Counted from the stretch's first letter, positions 1 to 11,232 are shown. The stretch is 64,000 nt of DNA from Dehalococcoidia bacterium (GCA_050011565.1 JBEKIW010000002.1:352001-416000), one strand, 5' to 3'. A program made the numbers and translations. The notes: generated by a model from the sequence alone, not told the origin.

Positions 1-1389
<1,389 letters not shown>

Positions 1390-1515
1390 TCAAAAGGGCA
1401 TAGAAACTGTTGTTCACCTGTAGTGGTAAACGTCGGCAAAACTTGTTTATTTGCTATAATGAAGCCTCTTGATTTCAATGGCGGAAGATAAATTAAACGG
1501 CGAGGAGAATGAGGA

Positions 1516-2451
1516 ATGGAAAAGTTGATTATAACCGCTGCCCTGACCGGCGCGGTAACCATGCCTACCCAGACGCCTTATTTACCGATTACTCCGCAGC
1601 AACTTGCAGACGAAGCGGTCAAGGCAGCTGAAGCCGGCGCTGCCTCGGTGCATATTCATGCCCGGAATCCCAAAGATGGCATGCCCACCTCCGACCTGGA
1701 AGTTTATGGCGAAATCGTCTCCAGTATTAAGCAGCGAAGTAATGTAATCGTCTGCATAACCACCGGTGGTGCAGTAGGTGCCGACAGGGAAAAAAGGATT
1801 GGCGTCGTACCCAGGTTTAAACCTGAGCTTGCCTCTTTCAATATGGGGTCGATGAATTTCTCCATTCACCCTATAGCCGAGCGATATGAGGATAAAGATT
1901 ACAAATACCCCTGGGAAAAGGGATTCATACTTGGAACCAAGGAGAATGTCTTTCGTAATACCTTCTCCGATATAGAATACTTCTGCCGGACGATGAAGCA
2001 GAATGGCACCAGGCCGGAGTGCGAGGCTTATGACGTCGGCCACATTTATAACATCGCTTATCTGGTCAGGGAGAAACTACTACAGGTACCTCTCTGGATG
2101 CAGTTCGTTACCGGAGTGCTGGGAGGCATCGGCTCGTCTCTTGAAGATATAATGTACATGAAACAGACTTCAGACAGGCTGTTCGGTACACAAAACTATA
2201 GGTGGTCGGTAATAGGGGTGGGTTATCCGGATGAGTTTAAGGCAGCCGCACTGGCAATTATGATGGGCGGACATGTACGGGTAGGTCTGGAGGATAATAT
2301 CTTCGTGAAGAAAGGGAAGCTGGCTAAGAGCAATGCGGAACTGGTGGAAAAGGTCGTCAGGATAGCCGCAGAGTTTGAGCGCGATATAGCTACACCTGAT
2401 GAAGCCAGGAAAATCCTGAACCTTAAGGGCATGGATAAGGTGGGCTTCTAG
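1516..2451 (+). CDS. Beta-keto acid cleavage enzyme (BKACE/DUF849, Kce-like)
   Basis: IITAALTG, HIHAR, ITTGG and GHVRVGLED motifs. Confidence 0.92.
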   Translation: MEKLIITAALTGAVTMPTQTPYLPITPQQLADEAVKAAEAGAASVHIHARNPKDGMPTSDLEVYGEIVSSIKQRSNVIVCITTGGAVGADREKRIGVVPRFKPELASFNMGSMNFSIHPIAERYEDKDYKYPWEKGFILGTKENVFRNTFSDIEYFCRTMKQNGTRPECEAYDVGHIYNIAYLVREKLLQVPLWMQFVTGVLGGIGSSLEDIMYMKQTSDRLFGTQNYRWSVIGVGYPDEFKAAALAIMMGGHVRVGLEDNIFVKKGKLAKSNAELVEKVVRIAAEFERDIATPDEARKILNLKGMDKVGF

Positions 2452-2487
2452 ACATAGTTTTCGAATCGGATGAAAGAGGCAGCAAAG

Positions 2488-3249
2488 ATGGTAAAGATTC
2501 TAGATTTGAGTGTGCCGCTGGAAGAGAGCCCCAGCGAACCGCTGCCGGTTAAGGTAACCCACGAGCCGCACAAACAAGGCGTCAATAGAATGAAAACCTT
2601 CTTCGGCTGCAGCGAGCAGGACTTACCGGAGGGGCTGGGATGGGCTAACGATAGCTTGACACTGGGTGCCCATGCCGGGACGCACGTTGACGCACCCTGG
2701 CATTACTTTCCGACATCAGAAGGGAAAAGAGCCAGGACGATTGACGAGATGCCACTGGAATGGTTTTATCACGATGGCGTAGTGCTGGATATGAGGCACA
2801 AGCCGCGCGGTTCCGGCGTCACCGTCGAAGACCTTAAGGAAGCTTTGGCGAAGATAGACTATCAGATTAAGCCCTGGGACATTGTCATGATACAGACCGG
2901 CGCTGACAAATTGTGGGGTAAGGAGGAGTATTTTGATGCCGGCTGCGGCATGACTCGCGAGTCGACACTGTGGCTGATAGGGCAAGGCATCCGGGTCATG
3001 GGAATTGACGCCTGGGGGTGGGACCGGCCGTTCTGGGCGATAAAAGAGGAGTTCGCTAGGACAGGTGATAGAAGCCTGCTGTGGGGTGCGCACTTTGTCG
3101 GCAGAGATAAGGAATATTGCCATATAGAGAAGCTGGCGAATTTAGACAAGCTGCCCAAACCACTCGGCTTCAAAGTGGCCTGTTTCCCGGTGAAGCTCGC
3201 CGGCGGTAGCGCCGGATGGGTACGTGTTGCGGCTATAATAGAGGGCTGA
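2488..3249 (+). CDS. Cyclase-family metal hydrolase (kynurenine formamidase-like)
   Basis: HAGTHVDAPWH motif, GIDA and HIEKL; start may instead be 2470. Confidence 0.9.
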   Translation: MVKILDLSVPLEESPSEPLPVKVTHEPHKQGVNRMKTFFGCSEQDLPEGLGWANDSLTLGAHAGTHVDAPWHYFPTSEGKRARTIDEMPLEWFYHDGVVLDMRHKPRGSGVTVEDLKEALAKIDYQIKPWDIVMIQTGADKLWGKEEYFDAGCGMTRESTLWLIGQGIRVMGIDAWGWDRPFWAIKEEFARTGDRSLLWGAHFVGRDKEYCHIEKLANLDKLPKPLGFKVACFPVKLAGGSAGWVRVAAIIEG

Positions 3250-3405
3250 CCAGGCTTGCCTTTTACCCTCGATAACAACTCACGAAAACTCAAAATGTCA
3301 TCCCTTATGTTAATTATTTGTCTTGAGATGTAGTCTACAAACGGCTAAAATTGGTATTGTTTTTAAACGCAATATGGGTATATACGAGTATGGAGTACGC
3401 CTGAC

Positions 3406-3687
3406 GTGGTAGAAACATTTCTCTGCCCCAAGTGCGGAGAAGAGAATATTATGGGCTACCGGTTTTGCATGGTTTGCGGGACACGGCTGGCAGCAGCGGC
3501 GCAGCAGTCCGAGAAGACCTGCCCGAAATGCGATTCAAAGAACCCTGCGGATTATAAGTTCTGTGGTACTTGTGGCTCAAAGTTAGACACCAGCTGTCCG
3601 AATTGCGGTGTTGATGTGCCTGCTGACTCGAGATATTGTCCTAACTGTGCCTTTCTCTGTGGTGAAGGACGGCATAGCGAGGAGTAG
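3406..3687 (+). CDS. Multi zinc-ribbon (DZR) protein
   Basis: Six CxxC pairs (CPKC..FCxxC repeats); GGAG Shine-Dalgarno. Confidence 0.85.
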   Translation: MVETFLCPKCGEENIMGYRFCMVCGTRLAAAAQQSEKTCPKCDSKNPADYKFCGTCGSKLDTSCPNCGVDVPADSRYCPNCAFLCGEGRHSEE

Positions 3688-3703
3688 AGGTGGTGCTCAT
3701 CAG

Positions 3704-4114
3704 ATGAAATCCAGACCGCCCCTGTGGTATACGCTGCAAGCCGTTTTAAGCTCGATATTGGAAGAAATTCTACTTGCGGCTGTTGTACTGTGGCTGCTGC
3801 CACATTTCAATGTAAATATACCGCTGTGGGGTCTGGCTATTTTTATGATAGCCCTGGCTGTATATTCCGGTGTGATGTACCGGGTGGGCAGGCAGACCTT
3901 CTTCATAAGGCCGAAGGTGGCGGCGGAAAATATTATCGGCAGTGAAGGCAGGGTGACTAAGCCACTGGCACCAGAGGGTTATGTTAAAGTCCAGGGTGTG
4001 TTATGGAAGGCGATATGCAACGAGTTGGAGCTGGGAGTGGGTGATGAAGTTGAGGTTATCGGCATGGAAGGCCTGAGGCTTGTGGTCAAGCCTAAAAAAG
4101 GCGATTCCGAATAG
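3704..4114 (+). CDS. NfeD-like membrane protein (C-terminal OB fold)
   Basis: Two TM helices then IGSEGRV..PEGYVKVQGVLWKA..GDEVEVIGMEGLRLVV. Confidence 0.85.
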   Translation: MKSRPPLWYTLQAVLSSILEEILLAAVVLWLLPHFNVNIPLWGLAIFMIALAVYSGVMYRVGRQTFFIRPKVAAENIIGSEGRVTKPLAPEGYVKVQGVLWKAICNELELGVGDEVEVIGMEGLRLVVKPKKGDSE

Positions 4115-4121
4115 AAAAACC

Positions 4122-4149
4122 TTGACATTTGAGAATTTTGAGGTATAAT
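4122..4149 (+). promoter_or_regulatory. Sigma70 promoter of perR
   Basis: TTGACA (4122-4127), 16 nt spacer, TATAAT (4144-4149). Confidence 0.8.
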
Positions 4150-4180
4150 TCAATTAACGATAACTATTACTAATAAAGAG

Positions 4181-4576
4181 ATGAGGAAAACAAAACAGAA
4201 GGCAGCCATACTCGAGGTTTTAAGGGGCACGACCTCTCATCCGACGGCCGATTGGGTTTATAACGAGGTAAGGAAAGAGATACCTAATATCAGTTTAGGG
4301 ACGGTGTATCGGAACCTCAGACTGTTATGCGAGAGTGGCGAGATATTGGAGTTGGTCTTATGCGGTAGCTTAAGCCGGTTCGATGCCAGAAGCGATAATC
4401 ATTATCATTTTCGCTGTGAAAAGTGCGGTCAGGTGTTCGATGTCGATGAGACGGTGAATTCTGAGATGGATAAAATAGCTGCGCGGCGGACGGGTTTCCG
4501 AATAACGTATCATCGACTGGAATTTTACGGGCTGTGCCTGGAATGTCAGTTAGTTGAGGCTGTAGGAGGAAGTTGA
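4181..4576 (+). CDS. perR: Fur-family regulator, PerR-like
   Basis: HPTAD..ISLGTVYRNL, RFD..HYHFRCEKCG, CLEC; heads peroxide-defence genes. Confidence 0.85.
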   Translation: MRKTKQKAAILEVLRGTTSHPTADWVYNEVRKEIPNISLGTVYRNLRLLCESGEILELVLCGSLSRFDARSDNHYHFRCEKCGQVFDVDETVNSEMDKIAARRTGFRITYHRLEFYGLCLECQLVEAVGGS

Positions 4577-4746
4577 TGCCCAAAGCAGTAATTACATTGG
4601 ATGAGCAGCAGGTGATCAGACTGGAACAGGCCATCATTGACCAAGACGAGAAAGCGGCATGGGAGCTTCTAAATGAGATAAGGGCCAAGGTTAAAGCGAC
4701 TCAGAATACACAATGCGGCGTGGAGAAACTGAGAAAACAGGTTTAA
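4576..4746 (+). CDS. Small hypothetical protein, 56 aa (not in ORF track)
   Basis: TGATG coupling to perR with an AGGAGG SD; MPKAVITLDEQQVIRLEQAIIDQDEKAAWELLNEIRAKVKATQNTQCGVEKLRKQV. Confidence 0.65.
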   Translation: MPKAVITLDEQQVIRLEQAIIDQDEKAAWELLNEIRAKVKATQNTQCGVEKLRKQV

Positions 4747-4891
4747 GTCAAAGTAATTGAATAACCGCTGCAAAATGTTATAAGTTTTTAACTTTTGGGC
4801 TATTGATTTTACGACTATTTTACGATTGACGGGGCATAATATCCTAAATTGAATCGGGAGAGGTCACAGAAGTAAGATTAGAGGAGGCGAA

Positions 4892-5131
4892 ATGGCAAAA
4901 GAGGTTAAAGTATATTCTACCGCTACCTGACCCTGGTGCATTAAAGTCAGGCAGTTGCTGGACGAAAACAAAATCCTTTATAAATATCTTGATGTTGCCA
5001 GAGACAAGGTTGCCCGCGATGAAATGGTAAACAAGACCGGTAAATTTGTGGTGCCGGTTATTGACATCGATGGCGAGGTTTCTGTCGGCTACAACGAGAA
5101 ATGGCTGAAGGAAAAACTGAACCTCTCATAG
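4892..5131 (+). CDS. Selenocysteine-containing glutaredoxin/NrdH-redoxin, UPWC motif, 79 aa (not in ORF track)
   Basis: GAGGAGG SD; MAKEVKVYSTAT-TGA(4928-4930)-PWCIKVRQLLDENKI..KTGKFVVPVIDIDGEVSVGYNEKWLKEKLNLS. The TGA sits at the first Cys of CxxC. Confidence 0.9.
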
Positions 5132-5212
5132 ATCTGTCGTAATAGCTGAAAAGGTATATTGAGTTTGCTTGATTTTGAGTAACGATATATCAGTCAATAC
5201 GAGGAGAAAATT

Positions 5213-6079
5213 ATGAGGCTGAAAGGAAGCAGGACCGAGGATGCCTTACGCAAGGCGTTTGCCAGAGAGGTACACGTTCATGCCGCCTATTCATACTTCT
5301 CCAAGGCTGCCAGAGAAGCCGGCCTGGGCCAGATAGCCGATATGTTTTTGGCTACGTCACAGAATGAGGCTGAACATGCTGAGCATGAGTTTAAATTCCT
5401 GGGTGGCTTAGGTGATACAGCGGCCAATCTAAAGCTGGCTATCGGTCGTGAGCATGAAGAAGCCAGCAGATTGTATCCCGAGGCGGCGCAAATATCTGAG
5501 GAAGAAGGCTTTAATGACGTCGCTGATTTCTTTAAGCGGATGGGTAAGGTGGAACAGAGGCATGAAGAGAATTTTAAGCAGCTAATAGAGGCGTTGGATG
5601 GAAAGAAGGAGTTGAAGGGCAAGACTGTGGGGCATTCAGCGGTTGAGATGGCGGAGCTTATGTTACCGCATCACAGCAATCCAGCCGGTGTGGTTCATGG
5701 CGGCGAATTAATGAAAATGATGGATAATGCCGCCGGTGTGGTAGCTGCCCGGCACAGTCAGGCTAATCCGGTGACTGGCACGGTGCACAATATCCGCTTC
5801 CTTAACCCGGTTCACGTCGGTGACCTGGTGCTAATTCATGCCAGGCTGACTTTCGTAGGGCACACATCTGTGGAGGTATGGGTACAAATCGATGCCGAGA
5901 ACCTTAATACCGGAGAACGGCGCCCGGCTATGACGGCCTACTATATAATGGTGGCCACCGATAACAAAGGGAAACCCGTGGGCGTTCCACCGCTTATTGT
6001 GATTACTGAAGAAGAGGAAAGATTGTTTAGTGAGGGGCTGGCCAGATATGAGATGGTCAAGAAGCAATCTAGTAGTTAA
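5213..6079 (+). CDS. Rubrerythrin di-iron domain fused to a hotdog acyl-CoA thioesterase
   Basis: N-half: [31 protein letters not shown]-half: [26 protein letters not shown]. Confidence 0.88.
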   Translation: MRLKGSRTEDALRKAFAREVHVHAAYSYFSKAAREAGLGQIADMFLATSQNEAEHAEHEFKFLGGLGDTAANLKLAIGREHEEASRLYPEAAQISEEEGFNDVADFFKRMGKVEQRHEENFKQLIEALDGKKELKGKTVGHSAVEMAELMLPHHSNPAGVVHGGELMKMMDNAAGVVAARHSQANPVTGTVHNIRFLNPVHVGDLVLIHARLTFVGHTSVEVWVQIDAENLNTGERRPAMTAYYIMVATDNKGKPVGVPPLIVITEEEERLFSEGLARYEMVKKQSSS

Positions 6080-6093
6080 TAGGAGATACGTTA

Positions 6094-7296
6094 ATGGGGA
6101 ATGAGAAGAAGCCGGAAAGAATGGTTTATCTGGATAACATGGCTACCACGCCCGTATTGCCCGAGGTGCTGGAGACGATGTTGCCCTATTTTCGGGAGGT
6201 CTATGGAAATCCGCAATCAATCCATTCCTGGGGCGACGAAGCCAGGGAAGCCATCGAGAAAGCCCGAGAGCAGGTGGCCGCCTTAGTCGGCGGCAATGCT
6301 GAAGAAATAATTTTCACGTCCAGCGGCAGTGAGGCTAATAATCTGGCGCTCAAAGGGCTTTCTCAGGGTCAGATGGCAAAGGGGAAGCACATAATTGTCT
6401 CGGCGGTCGAGCATTTTTCGGTGCTACATGCTGCCAGAACTTTGGAGAAAGCTGGTTTTGAGATTACCGAGGTGCCGGTGGATAAATACGGAATGGTCGA
6501 CCCCGATGAAGTGGCCAGAAATATTAAGAAAGAAACCATACTGGTGTCGGTGATGCATGCCAACGGAGAAGTAGGCACCGTAGAGCCAATTGCCGAGATA
6601 GCTAAAAAGGTTAAAGAGGCCGGCGTGCTATTTCACACGGATGCTGTTGCCAGCGCCGGCAGCATACCCGTTGATGTCAACAAACTGGGAGCAGACGCCT
6701 TGAGCCTGGCCGGGAATGAATTTTATGGGCCTAAGGGATCAGGTGCCCTCTGGGTACGTAAGAGGGTCCGTCTTATTCCGTTAATGGACGGTGGGGTGCA
6801 GGAAGGTGGACGCAGGCCGGGCACGGAAAATGTGCCGGCTATTGTGGGTATGGGAAAAGCTGCTGAAGTGGCGTCGAGAGACATGCCGTCGCGCATGGAA
6901 AAGCTGTCCCGCCTGAGAGACAGGCTAATCAAAGGTCTACCGGCGGCAATTGACCATGTATTTCTTACCGGTCATCCAACTCAGCGTCTTCCCCAAAACG
7001 CCAGCTTTTGCGTTGAGTTTATTGAAGGCGAAGGCATGCTGCTGCTGCTTAACAGCCAGGGCATAGCTGTCTCCAGTGGCTCAGCCTGCACCTCCAAAGC
7101 CTTGAAAGCCTCCCATGTGCTTATTGCCATGGGTATTCCGCACGAGATTGCCCAGGGCTCTTTGCTTTTTGGCCTGGGGGTGGACGATGACGAGGCGGAT
7201 ATAGATTACGTATTGGAGAAGTTGCCTCCTATTGTTGATAGATTGAGGCAAATGTCTCCCTTATATGCTAAATTTATGAAAGAAAAGAGGGGGTGA
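6094..7296 (+). CDS. iscS: Cysteine desulfurase
   Basis: [27 protein letters not shown]. Confidence 0.95.
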   Translation: MGNEKKPERMVYLDNMATTPVLPEVLETMLPYFREVYGNPQSIHSWGDEAREAIEKAREQVAALVGGNAEEIIFTSSGSEANNLALKGLSQGQMAKGKHIIVSAVEHFSVLHAARTLEKAGFEITEVPVDKYGMVDPDEVARNIKKETILVSVMHANGEVGTVEPIAEIAKKVKEAGVLFHTDAVASAGSIPVDVNKLGADALSLAGNEFYGPKGSGALWVRKRVRLIPLMDGGVQEGGRRPGTENVPAIVGMGKAAEVASRDMPSRMEKLSRLRDRLIKGLPAAIDHVFLTGHPTQRLPQNASFCVEFIEGEGMLLLLNSQGIAVSSGSACTSKALKASHVLIAMGIPHEIAQGSLLFGLGVDDDEADIDYVLEKLPPIVDRLRQMSPLYAKFMKEKRG

Positions 7297-7742
7297 GTTA
7301 TATGCCAGCATATAATGAAAAAGTTATGGACCATTTTATGAACCCCCGCAATGTCGGGGAGATTAAAGATGCCGATGGCATCGGTGAGGTAGGCAACCCG
7401 GTGTGCGGTGATATGATGACGTTTTACATTAAGGTAAAAGATAACCGTCTTGAGGATGTCAAATTTCAGACCTTCGGCTGTGGGGCTGCGGTGGCCGTTT
7501 CCAGCATTACCAGCGAGATGGCAAAGGGTAAAACGCTGGAGGAGGCAGTAAAAATTACACCCAGTCTGGTAGCTAAAGAATTAGAAGGTTTGCCCAAAAA
7601 CAAATATCATTGCTCTAATCTGGGAGCTCAAGCCCTACAACAGGCAATTCGTGATTATGCCAAGAAGAAGGGAATTAAAATCGAAGGTCTAGAAGAGAAA
7701 GGAGAAGGTGATGAAGAAGGAGAAGAGTGTGAAGTCTGCTAA
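7293..7742 (+). CDS. iscU: Fe-S scaffold IscU/NifU
   Basis: [26 protein letters not shown]; start may be 7302. Confidence 0.95.
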   Translation: MSYMPAYNEKVMDHFMNPRNVGEIKDADGIGEVGNPVCGDMMTFYIKVKDNRLEDVKFQTFGCGAAVAVSSITSEMAKGKTLEEAVKITPSLVAKELEGLPKNKYHCSNLGAQALQQAIRDYAKKKGIKIEGLEEKGEGDEEGEECEVC

Positions 7743-7944
7743 TAAATCCAGTAAAGCTAAGAAGGAGCATAGCTGTCTCTGCCCTTACTGCGAAGAGGAA
7801 CTGGTTATCGCTAGCTGTCCCTTTTGTGGGGCTTGTGGATCAGTCATCAGCTATTGTGTTAGCTGCCAGATAATGGTGCCGGATGAGAAAGCGACTAAGT
7901 GCCCTGAATGTGGCGCGCCGCTGAAGAAAGGGCGAAAGAAGTAA
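7708..7944 (+). CDS. Zinc-ribbon protein
   Basis: Four CxxC pairs (CPYC, CGAC, CVSC, CPEC). Confidence 0.75.
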   Translation: MMKKEKSVKSANKSSKAKKEHSCLCPYCEEELVIASCPFCGACGSVISYCVSCQIMVPDEKATKCPECGAPLKKGRKK

Positions 7945-7974
7945 GATAGAGATTACTATTCAGGAGAGAAAAGG

Positions 7975-8205
7975 ATGAAAGCAGACGAGACTCTGGATTG
8001 CTTGGGACTTTATTGTCCCATGCCTATTGCTAAAACCGCTCAAAAAATAAAGCAGTTGAAACCGGGGCAAGTGTTGGAAGTCCTGGCTGATGATAAGGGT
8101 ATAAAAGAGGATATCCCCAACTGGTGCAAGACTACCGGCAACGAATGCTTGGGCGTAGAAGAGGAAGGCGGTGTCTTTCGCGCGTATGTAAAAAAGACAA
8201 AATAG
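7975..8205 (+). CDS. tusA: TusA/SirA sulfur carrier
   Basis: LDCLGLYCPMP, LEVLADD, DIPNWC. Confidence 0.93.
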   Translation: MKADETLDCLGLYCPMPIAKTAQKIKQLKPGQVLEVLADDKGIKEDIPNWCKTTGNECLGVEEEGGVFRAYVKKTK

Positions 8206-8218
8206 GGTGGTTGTGTAA

Positions 8219-8755
8219 ATGACAATTAGGGAAGAACAAAGCCAGACTTTAGAAGCCATTAAGTTCGCTATTCAGATGGAAATAGATGGCAAGGAATACT
8301 ATCAGAAAGCCAGTCGACAGAGTGATAACAAGGTGGGAACGGAGCTTTTTGAGTGGCTGGCGGCTGAGGAAGATAAGCACCGGCGTATATTTGGGGGCAT
8401 TTACAACGCTATTAGAAAACAAAAGGCTTGGCCTGAGGTTGGCATGCGGCCTCGGCAGGCTGCCATACTTGACACCATATTTTCCAAGGAGATGAAGGTG
8501 GCCGCCTCTACTGTGAAAGCAACCGGTACTGAACTTGATAGCATAGCCAAGGCTATGGAAATGGAGAACAAGACTCGGGAATTCTACAAAAGCCAGGACC
8601 AGAAAACGGCTTATGATGCCTTGAAGAAACTGTATTCGGCTCTGGCTGCCGAAGAGGAAGGTCACTATCTGACTCTGGTTGACTACCGTGAATACCTGAT
8701 TGACCCGGCAGGCTATTTCCGTAAAGCAGAACACCATTCGCTGGATGGCGGCTAA
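8219..8755 (+). CDS. Ferritin/rubrerythrin-like di-iron protein
   Basis: AIQME..EEDKH and AMEME..EEEGH; ends SLDGG. Confidence 0.88.
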   Translation: MTIREEQSQTLEAIKFAIQMEIDGKEYYQKASRQSDNKVGTELFEWLAAEEDKHRRIFGGIYNAIRKQKAWPEVGMRPRQAAILDTIFSKEMKVAASTVKATGTELDSIAKAMEMENKTREFYKSQDQKTAYDALKKLYSALAAEEEGHYLTLVDYREYLIDPAGYFRKAEHHSLDGG

Positions 8756-8840
8756 ATAGCATCCCGAAAAACAATTTTTTGATGGATCCCTGACAGATTG
8801 CAGTTCTTTGGACGCTGCAAAATAGGAGAGGAGTTAAACT

Positions 8841-9527
8841 ATGAATCTGCAAGCGCTTCACAAGGTTAGTTACGGTTTGTATGTGGTTTGTTCCAAAAAA
8901 GATGGTAAGTTCAACGGACAAATAGCCAATACAATCTTTCAGGTTTGCTCCGAACCACCTATTATAGCGGCGGCGTTGAATAAGCAAAATCTGACCAACG
9001 AGTTTGTCTCGGCAAGTAAAGTATTTACGGTGTCGATTCTTTCTCAGGACACACCTCTGAGTTTTATCGGCAACTTTGGTTTCAAGACAGGTCGGGATGC
9101 GGACAAATTCAAAGGCGTAAACTACAAGATGGGGGAGACCGGTGTACCTATAGTGCTTGACAATACACTGGCCTATCTCGAGGCTAAGGTGATTAATCAA
9201 ATGGACGTTAGCACCCATACTATTTTTGTAGGAGAAATTGTGGCAGCCGACGTAATCAAAGAGGGCGAGTTGATGACCTATGCCTATTATCAGCAGGTCA
9301 AGAGGGGCACCACGCCGAAGACGGCACCGACTTATATCGAAGAGAAGAAGGAGGCAGCAACGAAAATGACGAAATACAAGTGTTCAGTTTGCGGGTATAT
9401 TTATAATCCTGAGCTCGGAGACCCCGATGGCCATATTAAGCCCGGCACGCCTTTTGAAAAGCTACCTGACGATTGGGTATGTCCCGCATGTGGCGCTAGT
9501 AAAGACCAGTTTAACAAGCTGGATTAA
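8841..9527 (+). CDS. Flavin reductase-rubredoxin fusion (high-molecular-weight rubredoxin)
   Basis: [15 protein letters not shown] flavin reductase domain plus [15 protein letters not shown] rubredoxin. Confidence 0.92.
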   Translation: MNLQALHKVSYGLYVVCSKKDGKFNGQIANTIFQVCSEPPIIAAALNKQNLTNEFVSASKVFTVSILSQDTPLSFIGNFGFKTGRDADKFKGVNYKMGETGVPIVLDNTLAYLEAKVINQMDVSTHTIFVGEIVAADVIKEGELMTYAYYQQVKRGTTPKTAPTYIEEKKEAATKMTKYKCSVCGYIYNPELGDPDGHIKPGTPFEKLPDDWVCPACGASKDQFNKLD

Positions 9528-9619
9528 TTGGAAGACCGTAGAAATAAAGAGATGTGCGCTACGGACATAAAGAAGATTAAAGGTGAAAGGAGACTTCTCG
9601 AATATTAGTGGAGGGTGAT

Positions 9620-10804
9620 ATGAAACCGAGAGAAATAAAGCACGGCATTTATTTTGTAGGAGCTGTCGACTGGGACCGACGACTTTTTGATTCGCTCATA
9701 CCGCTTCCGGATGGCACCAGTTACAACTCATATCTAATACAGGGGAATGAAAAAACGGCTCTTATTGACACGGTTGACCCGACTATGGAGCAAGTGCTGG
9801 TAAATCATCTGGACGAGCTTAAAGTTAAAAACATAGACTATGTTATTGCTAATCATGCTGAGCAGGACCATTCCGGGACTATTCCGCGTGTACTGGAAAA
9901 ATATCCTGAGGCAAAACTGGTGTGCACGCCCCGATGCAAGGGGATGCTCATAGACCTGCTTTTGGTTGCAGAAGACAGATTCATAACCGTCGAAGACAAG
10001 GAGGCCATTTCGCTGGGAAACAGGACGCTCGAGTTCATTCATGCTCCGTGGGTCCACTGGCCGGAGACAATGCTTACCTATCTAAGAGAGGACAAGATAC
10101 TGTTCCCTTGTGATTTATTCGGCTCGCATCTGGCCACCTCCAATCTTTATGTGACCGATGAAGGGCAGGTGTATGAGGCGGCTAAAAGGTACTACGCTGA
10201 AATAATGATGCCCTTCCGAACTAATATCCAGAAAAATCTGGACAAGATTAAGGACTACCCGATAGCTATCATCGCGCCCAGCCACGGGCCCATGTACGAT
10301 AAACCGGAATTTATTATCGAAGCCCATCGTGACTGGGCCTTCTGTGAGCCTAAAAATATTGTCGTCCTCCCCTATATCTCGATGCACGGCAGCACACGCA
10401 GAATGGTAGCTTATTTTGTCGAGGCTTTAGCCCAGAGAGGGGTGACGGTGAAACAGTTCGACCTGACGGTCACCGACCTGGGTAAACTGGCAATGGCCCT
10501 GGTGGATGCGGCGACCATTGTTATTGGTACGCCCACCGTGCATGCCGGCCCACATCCCGGCGCTGCTTACGCTGCTTCACTGGCGAATGTCGTCAGAGCG
10601 AATGTTAAATTTGCCTCAATAATAGGTTCCTATGGCTGGGGTGGTAAGACCGTGGAACAACTGGTGGCCATGATACCCAACTTAAAGGTGGAATTGCTGC
10701 CGACGGTGATTGTTAAAGGTTATCCCAGGGAAGCTGATTTTAAGGCTCTGGACAATCTGGCTGAGACCATTGCGCAGAAACACAAGGAGAAGGGCTTTGT
10801 TTAA
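9620..10804 (+). CDS. fprA: Flavodiiron protein (O2/NO reductase)
   Basis: GTSYNSYL, NHAEQDH, HWPE, APSHG and a C-terminal flavodoxin domain. Confidence 0.94.
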   Translation: MKPREIKHGIYFVGAVDWDRRLFDSLIPLPDGTSYNSYLIQGNEKTALIDTVDPTMEQVLVNHLDELKVKNIDYVIANHAEQDHSGTIPRVLEKYPEAKLVCTPRCKGMLIDLLLVAEDRFITVEDKEAISLGNRTLEFIHAPWVHWPETMLTYLREDKILFPCDLFGSHLATSNLYVTDEGQVYEAAKRYYAEIMMPFRTNIQKNLDKIKDYPIAIIAPSHGPMYDKPEFIIEAHRDWAFCEPKNIVVLPYISMHGSTRRMVAYFVEALAQRGVTVKQFDLTVTDLGKLAMALVDAATIVIGTPTVHAGPHPGAAYAASLANVVRANVKFASIIGSYGWGGKTVEQLVAMIPNLKVELLPTVIVKGYPREADFKALDNLAETIAQKHKEKGFV

Positions 10805-10807
10805 CTT

Positions 10808-10886
10808 GTCATTGCGAGCGAAGCGAAGCAATCTCACCGCCTCTCCGTCACCGAGATTGCCACGGCACATCGTGCCTCGCAATGAC
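10808..10886. repeat. Palindromic intergenic element GTCATTGCGAG..CTCGCAATGAC
   Basis: 11-bp perfect terminal inverted repeat, internal GCAATCTC/GAGATTGC stem and GGCAC/GTGCC hairpin. Confidence 0.85.
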
Positions 10887-10926
10887 GAGGAATAATTTGG
10901 GAATCTCGGATGTGCGGAGGTATCAA

Positions 10927-11232
10927 ATGGAAAAGAGTTACAAGGTGACGCTTTGGGTGAACAAAAAGCCAATCCCGATGAACCGCTTTGTCGAGGAGTT
11001 TTTATCTCATACTACCATAGGCGCTGTTACTTCACTCAAAGATGCAGAGAACATACGAAAATTGGAAATACATCAGAAAAAGGGTAATGTCGAAATCACC
11101 GTCAACGGCGGTGAAATTCCTCTTACTCCTTTCCCTAACGATATTATTTCCAATACTTTGTTGGGGATGGTCTCTTCATTGAAAGAGGTAGAGGATATAG
11201 AAAGCATAGATATCAGCGTTGAAATACAATAA
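10927..11232 (+). CDS. Hypothetical protein with an internally duplicated small domain
   Basis: Two halves of pattern VNxxxIP.xxF..(I/L)G.V(T/S)SLK.EI..I.I; GGAGG SD. Confidence 0.75.
   Translation: MEKSYKVTLWVNKKPIPMNRFVEEFLSHTTIGAVTSLKDAENIRKLEIHQKKGNVEITVNGGEIPLTPFPNDIISNTLLGMVSSLKEVEDIESIDISVEIQ

Noticed and set aside
3329-3339. TGTAGTCTACA palindrome as an operator
   Set aside because: Short, single occurrence, with no cognate regulator nearby.
10882-10926. N-terminal extension of the 116-aa ORF
   Set aside because: That ATG comes from the palindromic element; the GGAGG SD supports a start at 10927.
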